NCBI GenBank assembly: GCA_964635975.1
Contig: CAZWPO010000017.1
Location: 970 to 64,969, forward strand
Length of the DNA: 64,000 nt
Reading direction: 5' to 3'
Origin: an uncultured Syntrophomonas sp.
Lineage (GTDB): Bacteria > Bacillota > Syntrophomonadia > Syntrophomonadales > Syntrophomonadaceae
Shown: piece by piece, positions 46,879-54,694 of the stretch
Numbering within the stretch: position 1 is the first letter of the stretch
Layout of the letters: each line of letters starts with the position of its first letter
Notes under the pieces: model-generated
What the model saw: the letters and a program-made list of their open reading frames with translations, nothing else
Databases searched by the model: none
What the model was told of the DNA's origin: nothing
Position numbers and translations under genes: made by a program

Positions 46879-47148
46879 TTACTCAAAAGAACGATAATCT
46901 TCCTCTAAAAGCACAAGCATCTCCATAAGAGCCTCTCTTTTCTTCTGGTCTTCGACTGTTTCCAGAACCTTTTTTATGACCATGATCATTTCATGCAGCT
47001 CATCTTCAGCCTTTGCTATATAAGCAGGGTCCAGCGTTTCGATAGCCATCTCAAAGGTTTCGTGCACCTCAAGGGATAACTGGATGGCTCGGTCTACGGA
47101 ATTCATGTAACGGGGATCCATATCATGCAAATGAGCAGGCAGACGCAA
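46879..47148 (-). CDS. Hypothetical helical acidic protein
   Basis: 89-aa ORF. I did not recognise a family. Confidence 0.4.
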   Translation of the reverse strand: MRLPAHLHDMDPRYMNSVDRAIQLSLEVHETFEMAIETLDPAYIAKAEDELHEMIMVIKKVLETVEDQKKREALMEMLVLLEEDYRSFE

Positions 47149-47335
47149 TTATTCTTCACCCTTTCCTCTAACAATGCTCCGCCGTCAAAAACATTCTTCA
47201 GTTACTTATCTTATTACATATTTATTCGCTATATTCAAGTTGTATCCTCCAGATGACTTAAAAGGCAATGTTTCCTTGACTGCTTATCACAGGGGAGTTA
47301 GGATAACAAAAAAGGCAGAATTATGGGAGGCCATA

Positions 47336-47866
47336 ATGTATAATCTTTTGAAAAAGCGGCGCAGCATACGCAGCTATAAAAAAGATCCTGTGGAACGCGA
47401 GAAGATCGATGTCCTGGTCAGATCAGCCCTGCTCTCACCTTCTTCGCGCGCATTAAAACCCTGGGAATTCATCGTGGTGGAGGACAGATCCATAATCCAA
47501 GCCCTTTCAAAAGCTAAGGATCACGGATCATCATTCCTGCAAAGTGCACCCCTGGCCATCGTAGTAGCAGCTGATTCTGCCAAATGCGATGTCTGGGTGG
47601 AAGACTGTGCCATCGCTTCTCTGGTAATTCACATGACTGCTGCTTCTCTTGACTTAGGATCGTGCTGGATTCAGATTAGGAGACGACATCATGATCCATC
47701 ACAAAGTGCTGAGACCTATGTCCGCCAGATTTTGGGGATACCCGATTATATTAATATTGAAGCCATCATCGCCATAGGCTATCCCCAGGAAGTGAAAAAA
47801 ATCTATGATGATCCTTTGCTTCCCAGCGCAAAGGTTCATTATAACCGCTTTTCCAATCCTTATTAA
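47336..47866 (+). CDS. Nitroreductase-family protein
   Basis: MYNLLKKRRSIRSYKKDPV...PSSRALKPWEFIVV. ATG at 47336 follows GGGAGG. The track ORF starts at 47174. Confidence 0.85.
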   Translation: MYNLLKKRRSIRSYKKDPVEREKIDVLVRSALLSPSSRALKPWEFIVVEDRSIIQALSKAKDHGSSFLQSAPLAIVVAADSAKCDVWVEDCAIASLVIHMTAASLDLGSCWIQIRRRHHDPSQSAETYVRQILGIPDYINIEAIIAIGYPQEVKKIYDDPLLPSAKVHYNRFSNPY

Positions 47867-47950
47867 CAGGCCCGGGGTATAAACTGGTAATTGCGAAATA
47901 GAATATTATACGTCCTGTAGATACTATCGGCGCTCAGGGGAGGAGTTTTT

Positions 47951-48835
47951 ATGAGAATCTTGAGTGAGAACCTTCGTTGTTTCGGGAACCGGCATTTTAA
48001 CCTGTTTCTGGTCGGGCAGCGCCGGTGCGCTCTGGTCGAGTGCGGAGTGAGTGCGGCTGTTTATAATCTCGAACAGCAGTGGAGTCGCTTAGAAGATCCC
48101 CGTCCCCAGGTTGATTACCTTCTGTCAATGCACGCGCATTTCGATCATGTCTGCGGCATTCCTGCCCTTAAAAAAATGTTTCCCGATGCCGCTGTAACTG
48201 CCAGCGCCGCGGCGCTTAAGGTTTTCTCCAAAGCTCATATCATGAAGGATTTTTTCTCCCAGGATATGAGTATGGCACAGCTTCTCAAAGAAAGAGGCCT
48301 CGTAGACCGGGAAATAGAAATTCCGGACCTCGACCATATAGATGTTTCTATATTGATGTCTCCCGGCGATACCATCAAGCTGGAGCCCGGTATAGAACTG
48401 CAAATACTGGCTTCTCCCGGTCATAGTCCCGATAGCCTGGCGGCCTACCTGCCCGGAGACAGGGTACTGTTTATCTCTGATGCTGCCGGGTTTCAGATAT
48501 CTGACCACGATATCTTTCCGGTATTTTTTCACAGCTACCCCGCCTATATAGATACCATACGCAGCTTGATGGCCTATCCAGTAAAAATACTGGCGCTTCC
48601 CCATGGCACTATTTGGACCGGGCAGGATATCCAATCGTTTTTCCACCGTGCTATTGGCGCTGCCGAGGAGCTCTTTGCCCTAATACGCAGACTCAGTGAA
48701 AAGGGCGTAGATAACAAAGCCATGCAGGATCTTGTTTATCAGCGCTATTATCAGGGCGATCTTTGCATTTATACTCCTGCCAATATCAGCACTTGTGTGG
48801 AATTGCTGGTCAGGAGAGTCCAGGAATGCCTCTGA
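47951..48835 (+). CDS. MBL-fold metallo-hydrolase
   Basis: LSMHAHFDHVCG (HxHxDH motif), SPGHSPDS, a later His. Confidence 0.8.
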   Translation: MRILSENLRCFGNRHFNLFLVGQRRCALVECGVSAAVYNLEQQWSRLEDPRPQVDYLLSMHAHFDHVCGIPALKKMFPDAAVTASAAALKVFSKAHIMKDFFSQDMSMAQLLKERGLVDREIEIPDLDHIDVSILMSPGDTIKLEPGIELQILASPGHSPDSLAAYLPGDRVLFISDAAGFQISDHDIFPVFFHSYPAYIDTIRSLMAYPVKILALPHGTIWTGQDIQSFFHRAIGAAEELFALIRRLSEKGVDNKAMQDLVYQRYYQGDLCIYTPANISTCVELLVRRVQECL

Positions 48836-48955
48836 TATTTCTGGTTTCTTTCTCATGTTGACCAGGCTTGCCTGAGGCACATTCTGACTAATAATTAATT
48901 TGATATGTTTTTTGGGGCACAATAGATAGTGAAGGAAAGAAGAGGAGATGATCAC

Positions 48956-49168
48956 ATGAATCAGTTATATGGTTTATTGGCAAATCCATATTTCTTAGGA
49001 GCCCTTATTTTATGGTCTTTGATTTGGAAAGGCACCGCTTTATGGAGGGCCGCCCGTTTAGGCCACCTAAGCTGGTTTATAGCGCTTCTGGTAATTAATA
49101 CAGCGGGCATCTTTGAAATAATCTATATCCTGTTTACCCGCCAGGCTTATCGAGAAAAATTTGTTTGA
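48956..49168 (+). CDS. Small two-TM membrane protein (DUF5652-like)
   Basis: LWSLIWKGTALWRAARLGHLSWFIALLVINTAGIFEIIYILF. Confidence 0.55.
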   Translation: MNQLYGLLANPYFLGALILWSLIWKGTALWRAARLGHLSWFIALLVINTAGIFEIIYILFTRQAYREKFV

Positions 49169-49193
49169 TCACTTCCGCCGCTTTGAATATCGA

Positions 49194-49421
49194 CTAGCGT
49201 AGAAAAAAATACCAGATAACGGCACTCATGTATAAGATGATCCCAAGGCCAATGAGCAGTTTTCGATTTCTCTCCTTTTTCTCGACCTCTCTTATCGCCT
49301 GGTCAATTTTTGCCTGCTCGGTTTGTCTTTTTTGCAGCGCTTCCTGCTCCTGCAGTGAGCGCGCCTCCCTCTGGGCTTTTTCCCTCTCCCAGGCTTCTTT
49401 TTGTTCGGGCGTTAACGGCAA
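49194..49421 (-). CDS. Small tail-anchored coiled-coil protein
   Basis: 75 aa: a charged EQKEAWEREKAQREARSLQEQEALQKRQ region followed by one C-terminal TM segment. Confidence 0.4.
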   Translation of the reverse strand: MPLTPEQKEAWEREKAQREARSLQEQEALQKRQTEQAKIDQAIREVEKKERNRKLLIGLGIILYMSAVIWYFFLR

Positions 49422-49453
49422 GATATCATCCTCCTGGCAGCACAGTTTTGCAT

Positions 49454-50008
49454 CTAAGAAAAAATCATTTTGCCCAGCACATGATCTATCGGCACCGGCC
49501 CAATTACCCTGCTGTCCTGGCTGTTATTTCGATTATCGCCCATTAAAAATACTTCACCGGGTTGTAGAGTGAACTTCTGCCCCCAGGTATTCATTGGCTC
49601 TTTCAAATATGGCTCGTCCAGGGCCTGGCCATTGCGATACACTTTACCTTCCTTGATCTCCAGGGTATCCCCGGGTTTCCCAATAACCCGCTTGATCCAA
49701 AAACTGCTCTTGACTTTCCGTTCCTTGTAAACCAGCTGCACCAGCGGGCTCTCCATGATATCGTTTTTCCAGGAACGTCCCTGCCTGACGCGGCTGTCGA
49801 TCACAACAATATCGCCATATCCAAGTTCCAAATCCAGCGTATGAGTGAGTTTGGATAGGAAAACCATCTCCCCGTTGCGCAGGGTCGGCTCCATAGAACT
49901 GCCTAGAACTTCTGTGGGCTGAAATACAAACGCATTTAATAATACCGCCAGCACCATGGCCAGCGCGATACTGACCACCCAGTTTATAGCTTCCTTAAAA
50001 TGCTTCAT
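49454..50008 (-). CDS. lepB: Signal peptidase I
   Basis: GSSMEPTL (catalytic Ser), VIKRVIG, GDNRNNSQDSR. ATG at 50008 follows GGAGAG. Confidence 0.9.
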   Translation of the reverse strand: MKHFKEAINWVVSIALAMVLAVLLNAFVFQPTEVLGSSMEPTLRNGEMVFLSKLTHTLDLELGYGDIVVIDSRVRQGRSWKNDIMESPLVQLVYKERKVKSSFWIKRVIGKPGDTLEIKEGKVYRNGQALDEPYLKEPMNTWGQKFTLQPGEVFLMGDNRNNSQDSRVIGPVPIDHVLGKMIFS

Positions 50009-50101
50009 CTTTTCTCTCCATGTATTTTGAATCTTTTTTGATTTTAGCCCAGGCGTCATCGTTATTCAAGAAAATTAACACGATTAGTGTCTCCGCCGGT
50101 G

Positions 50102-51718
50102 TCAAACCTGGGTCTTAAATAGTTCGATTTTGAGCCAGTCAATATTGCCCATACCATCCATGTGAAACTCATGGACCTGGCTCCCCACCAACTTGGCTGC
50201 TTTTCGCTGTATGAGCCAGAGGCAGGGCGCATCGTCAACTATCATCTCCTCAGCGCGGTTGAACAACTGCTTGCGCTCCTTGCTGCCAGCCTTTTGCCCG
50301 CGTGCTTCATCCAGCACTTTATCCACCTGGGGATTCACGTATTTAGTAAAATTACTCACCCCTACCCTGGAGCTATGATACAGGCTGTATAATATACTCT
50401 CCGCATCAGAATAATCAGGCCGCCATTCCAGGCGAAAGAAGTCCAGGCTGAAAGCATTCAGGCGTTTCTTATAATAAGCCCAGTCCATGGCTTCACACTG
50501 CACATGCACACCCACCTGCCCCAGCTGCTGGGCTACTTTTTCCGCAATCAGGCGGTGTCCCGGGTCATTATTGTAACTCAAAGTAATGGCAGGCAGACCC
50601 TCGCCACCAGGAAAACCCGCCTGTTCCAAAAGCTTTTTTGCCATTTCCGGATCATAGGAATATCCACGCAGTTCATCATGACAAGCGGGAAATCCCTCTG
50701 GCACTACACTTTTCAATGGGATTCCATTCCCGCCCAGAACTTCATCAATTATATTCTGCCGGTCTACTGCATAGTTCAGCGCCCGGCGCAAGATATAATT
50801 GCTCTTGAATGGTTCACTGTCCATGTTGAACCCTATAGTATAGGTATCCCACAAAGGCCGTTCCAGCAGCTGCTTTCCCAGAATCTGATCATTTCTAATT
50901 TTCACAAGTTCATCAGGAGGAATGGAGTCTAAATAGTCGAGTTTACCCTGTGAAAAGGCCTGGTAAGCAGATGGCTGATCGGCAAACACGGTCAGGTGAA
51001 TACCGGAAAGAACAGGTTTATCGCCATGATACTCCTCATTCCTGAGCAGCAAGATGTTCTTGTTATCATGGTTTTGCACCACCTTGAAGGGACCAGTACC
51101 CGCATAGGGGGGAGAATCCCCTTCATCGCAATCAAAGATCCAGAAGACCGGATTTGCCAGCACGTAGGGAAATGCCGCCATTTCCTGAGCCAAGGTGATT
51201 TTCAAGGCATAATCGTTTTCAATCTGAATACCTGAAATGTCAGAAGCTTTACCCTGCAGCCGCTCCTGCACTCCCTGGATATTCAGGAAAAGACTGAGCA
51301 GCGGCCAGTCGGTGCAGGTCGTCATGGTTTTTTCCCATGCTGCTTTTACGTCGGCTGCATTGAGGTTTCTTCCATTGCTCAATTTTATATCTTTGTCCAG
51401 GGTCACTACCAGGCTCTTGTTGTCTGAAGACATCGCCCACTTTTTAGCCAGCCCCGGTTTCAGTTCTGAAGATTGTTCATCATAATAGAAAAGTCCTTCA
51501 TAGAGCAGAGAGGCAAACAGACGCTCATTTTGGTTGCTAAGAAGCGCAGGTTCTACAGTTTCAATCGAGCCGACCAGTCCAATCTCAAGAGGACGATTTT
51601 CCCGATTGACCATCACAGCAACCAGGCTGCGCATGTATAGCCCCGCCCCGATAAGAAGCATTAATAGTAAAAATAAAATAGCCCGGCGTTTGTACCTGTA
51701 GAATAGATATCGCCTCAA
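50102..51718 (-). CDS. ABC transporter substrate-binding protein, family 5 (peptide/nickel type), no cognate permease or ATPase nearby
   Basis: 538 aa with an N-terminal anchor, GTGPFKV and overall SBP_bac_5-like length and layout. Confidence 0.75.
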   Translation of the reverse strand: MRRYLFYRYKRRAILFLLLMLLIGAGLYMRSLVAVMVNRENRPLEIGLVGSIETVEPALLSNQNERLFASLLYEGLFYYDEQSSELKPGLAKKWAMSSDNKSLVVTLDKDIKLSNGRNLNAADVKAAWEKTMTTCTDWPLLSLFLNIQGVQERLQGKASDISGIQIENDYALKITLAQEMAAFPYVLANPVFWIFDCDEGDSPPYAGTGPFKVVQNHDNKNILLLRNEEYHGDKPVLSGIHLTVFADQPSAYQAFSQGKLDYLDSIPPDELVKIRNDQILGKQLLERPLWDTYTIGFNMDSEPFKSNYILRRALNYAVDRQNIIDEVLGGNGIPLKSVVPEGFPACHDELRGYSYDPEMAKKLLEQAGFPGGEGLPAITLSYNNDPGHRLIAEKVAQQLGQVGVHVQCEAMDWAYYKKRLNAFSLDFFRLEWRPDYSDAESILYSLYHSSRVGVSNFTKYVNPQVDKVLDEARGQKAGSKERKQLFNRAEEMIVDDAPCLWLIQRKAAKLVGSQVHEFHMDGMGNIDWLKIELFKTQV

Positions 51719-51799
51719 ATCCCGATATACCTCCTTTATTGATATAGGAAAGTATATTTGGATCCGGGTTAAAATATGCCAATATTTTCCTCAAATAGG

Positions 51800-52384
51800 C
51801 TATTCGTATTTGCTGGTAGCGCTGTAGATTGATTGGTAGGCCTGATAATTTTTCAAGACATTCTGTACATAAGCCCGAGTTTCGGGGTATGGAATGCGGT
51901 CTAGGTGATCGGGGTCACCATTCCAAAGTCCTTCTCGGGTCCAGTCCCCCACTCTATTCAAGCCTGCATTGTAGGCAGCCACTATCAGTGGTATCTGCCC
52001 ATTGAATTCATTATCCAAATAAGCCAGATACCAGCAGCCAAACGATATATTCGTCTGGGGATCGTAAAGTTCAGAAGGATCAAAATTCTTGATACCCCGC
52101 TGCTGTGCAATCCATCTACCAGTCTCGGGCATAATCTGCATCAATCCTTTTGCCCCCACTGGAGATTCAGCTGTTTTTTCGTATTTGCTTTCCGCCCGGA
52201 TTATGGCAAAAACCAGAAGTGGATCAATGCCTGATTCACCTGCTTTTGTAAAAACCAGATCCTGGTGTGGTTGAGGATAGAAGAGGGTGATCCATTTCGG
52301 GAAGGTCAGGATAATAGCCAGAAACACAAATATAGCCAGCCACAAAAGTTTTGAGGCTCTGGGCTTTTTTTTCTTTTTCGCCAC
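51800..52384 (-). CDS. Lytic transglycosylase (SLT domain) protein
   Basis: AIIRAESKYEKTAESPVGAKGLMQIMPETG, AAYNAG. Confidence 0.85.
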   Translation of the reverse strand: MAKKKKKPRASKLLWLAIFVFLAIILTFPKWITLFYPQPHQDLVFTKAGESGIDPLLVFAIIRAESKYEKTAESPVGAKGLMQIMPETGRWIAQQRGIKNFDPSELYDPQTNISFGCWYLAYLDNEFNGQIPLIVAAYNAGLNRVGDWTREGLWNGDPDHLDRIPYPETRAYVQNVLKNYQAYQSIYSATSKYE

Positions 52385-52423
52385 GAATAAAACCCCCGGC
52401 TGAACTAATTAATTAAATTCTAT

Positions 52424-53026
52424 TTAATCTTCATGTATAATTTCTCTGAAATATCTGGAGGCTATTGCAATTGTTTCCTCAATGCTTCTGGTGTTGTCCA
52501 ACACCAGATCTGCCCGCTTGGCCTTTTCGTCAAGAGACATTTGCGATTCAATCCTTTTGATAGCATCTTCCCGATTCAGCGAGTCGCGGGACATCAAACG
52601 CTTTATCTGGGTCTCCCGGTCAACCCATATCACCCAAACCTCATCACATAGCCTGTCCATATGCGTCTCATAAAGCAGCGGAATTTCCATCACTACGACA
52701 GATTCCGGCTGGCTGGATTTGATCCGGGCCAGCTCGTTTTTGAATTTCTCAAAGATGCGTGGATGGGCGATTTGGTTCAGCTTTTTTAACATCTCAGGAT
52801 TATCAAAAACAATTTTACCCAGTTTTTTTCGATCAATAGTCTGATCCGGATTTAAAACTCCGTTGCCGAAAGTTTTGACTACATCTTTCCATGCCGGAGT
52901 GTCAGTAGCCATTAGATCATGCGCTATATCATCGGCATGAATGACCACTGCTCCTAAACTTCTTAAAGCGTTGATCACTGTGCTCTTGCCGCTCGCTATT
53001 CCTCCGGTTAATCCGATAACCCGCAT
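52424..53026 (-). CDS. coaE: Dephospho-CoA kinase
   Basis: MRVIGLTGGIASGKST P-loop; 200 aa. Confidence 0.9.
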   Translation of the reverse strand: MRVIGLTGGIASGKSTVINALRSLGAVVIHADDIAHDLMATDTPAWKDVVKTFGNGVLNPDQTIDRKKLGKIVFDNPEMLKKLNQIAHPRIFEKFKNELARIKSSQPESVVVMEIPLLYETHMDRLCDEVWVIWVDRETQIKRLMSRDSLNREDAIKRIESQMSLDEKAKRADLVLDNTRSIEETIAIASRYFREIIHED

Positions 53027-53041
53027 TCATTCTCACCGACT

Positions 53042-53677
53042 TCATATAAAATTGATTAGACCGATACCCACAAGAATAAAGCCCGGGACCATTGATGCAA
53101 AAGCTTGAAAGCGGTCCCCGGACAAAAACTCACCCAGTATTATCCCGGTATTCACTAGAATAAATTTTACCATACCTACACAAAGGGCTGTATGTAAAAT
53201 ATTCAAACCAGCAAGAGCAAGTCCAATGCCAGCTCCAAAAGCGTCCATGGAAAGGGCTAGACCGAGAAACAGTGCCTCCCGTCCGCCTATTTCGCCCGAT
53301 GCATCAAAATCAGCGCAGGTCGGCTCTTTGAGGATCTGGACCATTATCCCCAGAATTTTTATGTTAAACGTAAGTAGAGGCTCCTCTTCATCTTTGTCAA
53401 TATTCTCGATTTTTTCACGCAGCCCGTTCAATAAAAAATAGATCCCCAGTGCGATCAGGAGTACCGAACCCAGCTTAGCAGCAGTATCAATCGGCAGTAT
53501 CATAGTAAGAGCTTTGCCAAAGATCATAGATAAGCTGACCGCCGCAACTGAAGCCAGAATTATTATGAGCATAGAACGCAGCGGGATTCTTATCTTCCTC
53601 ACCCCGTAAGCTATGCCCACCATAAAGCCATCCATACTCACGGCCAATCCCACCAGTATTGCTGCCCAGAAGTTCAC
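53042..53677 (-). CDS. ytaF: Sporulation membrane protein YtaF (MntP-like fold)
   Basis: 211 aa with SMDGF...SMDAFGAGI duplicated half-motifs, in the conserved polA-mutM-ytaF-coaE order. Confidence 0.75.
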   Translation of the reverse strand: MNFWAAILVGLAVSMDGFMVGIAYGVRKIRIPLRSMLIIILASVAAVSLSMIFGKALTMILPIDTAAKLGSVLLIALGIYFLLNGLREKIENIDKDEEEPLLTFNIKILGIMVQILKEPTCADFDASGEIGGREALFLGLALSMDAFGAGIGLALAGLNILHTALCVGMVKFILVNTGIILGEFLSGDRFQAFASMVPGFILVGIGLINFI

Positions 53678-53772
53678 GCAAAGCCACTCCTATCCATATT
53701 TCAGTGAACACATATAATAGCTACTATATGGATAGCAATTGTAAAACGTTCCCCCACGTGCAAGGTATCTAA

Positions 53773-53801
53773 GGTGTCAAGGAGACGGGGTTATTGACAC
53801 C
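53773..53801. repeat. Copy 1 of a 24-nt intergenic motif (GGTGTCAAGGAGACGGGGTTATTG), here part of an 8-13-8 palindrome GGTGTCAA-N13-TTGACACC
   Basis: Read directly, abutting the mutM stop codon (53802-53804). Confidence 0.85.
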
Positions 53802-54608
53802 CTACTTCTGACAGTGGGGGCAGTAGTGGCTGCTGCGGCCGCCGATGCGGGTTCGCTGAAGGATTTGCCCGCAGCCCGAACATGGTTGCTGGTGACGGCC
53901 GTATACTTTCAGATAATCCTGGAAACCTCCGCTCTGGTTGTTGCCGTCTCGGTAATCTCGCAGGGTGGTGCCTCGCTGCTGAATGCCTAGTCCCAGCACT
54001 TTTTTAAGCGCCTTGACCAGTCTGGCTATCTCCTGTTTATGCAGGCTCCCGGCAGACCGTTCGGGACTGATATGCGCCTCATGCAGCGCTTCATCAGCGT
54101 AAATATTCCCTACCCCGGCAATAAGTCGCTGATCGAGGATCAGGCTCTTTATCGGCACCTTTCGGTTCCTTATCACCCTTTCCAGATAGGCGGCGTTAAA
54201 AGCAGAGGACAGCGGCTCTACTCCCAGCTTTTCAAAAAAGCTTCCCGCATCATAGATCAGCCACACCCCGCCGAAACGCCGTGCATCTTGATAAACCAGT
54301 TTATAATTATTGTCTAAATGAATGACCAGGTGCATGTGCGGTTCATCAGCCGCGTTTTCCTCTTCCATCTGAAACAATCTCCCGCTCATACCCATATGCA
54401 TCAAAAGATGCCGTCCTTTCTCCAAAACGAAGTCCAGATACTTCCCTCGCCTATTCAGAGAGTTAACAGTCATACCAACTATGTCTTCAACAGGATAATC
54501 AGCTCGGCGCACGATATCCTTGCGCCTGAGTTCAATTCGGGCTATCCTGGCCCCCAGGTGGGATTGTAGGCTTTCTTTTATCGTTTCAACTTCAGGTAAT
54601 TCAGGAAT
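53802..54608 (-). CDS. mutM: Formamidopyrimidine-DNA glycosylase (Fpg/MutM), apparently initiated at ATT
   Basis: The track ORF (236 aa) lacks the obligatory N-terminus. The frame continues upstream as (ATT)PELPEVETIKESLQSHLGARIARIELRRKDIV. The ATT lies 8 nt after GGGAGG. An in-frame TGA is 11 codons upstream, with no ATG, GTG, TTG or CTG between. C-terminal zinc finger CSGCGQILQRTRIGGRSSHYCPHCQ. Confidence 0.85.
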   Translation of the reverse strand: MPELPEVETIKESLQSHLGARIARIELRRKDIVRRADYPVEDIVGMTVNSLNRRGKYLDFVLEKGRHLLMHMGMSGRLFQMEEENAADEPHMHLVIHLDNNYKLVYQDARRFGGVWLIYDAGSFFEKLGVEPLSSAFNAAYLERVIRNRKVPIKSLILDQRLIAGVGNIYADEALHEAHISPERSAGSLHKQEIARLVKALKKVLGLGIQQRGTTLRDYRDGNNQSGGFQDYLKVYGRHQQPCSGCGQILQRTRIGGRSSHYCPHCQK

Positions 54609-54650
54609 TTTCTTTTCCTCCCTCGTTCGGTTAGGTTTTCATATAGCATG

Positions 54651-54674
54651 GGTGACAAGGGGACGGGGTTATTG
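54651..54674. repeat. Copy 2 of the 24-nt intergenic motif (GGTGACAAGGGGACGGGGTTATTG)
   Basis: 22 of 24 nt identical to copy 1. It lies 20 nt past the polA stop and 42 nt before the mutM start. Confidence 0.85.
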
Positions 54675-54694
54675 CTTTTGTTCCTGAACTGCGC

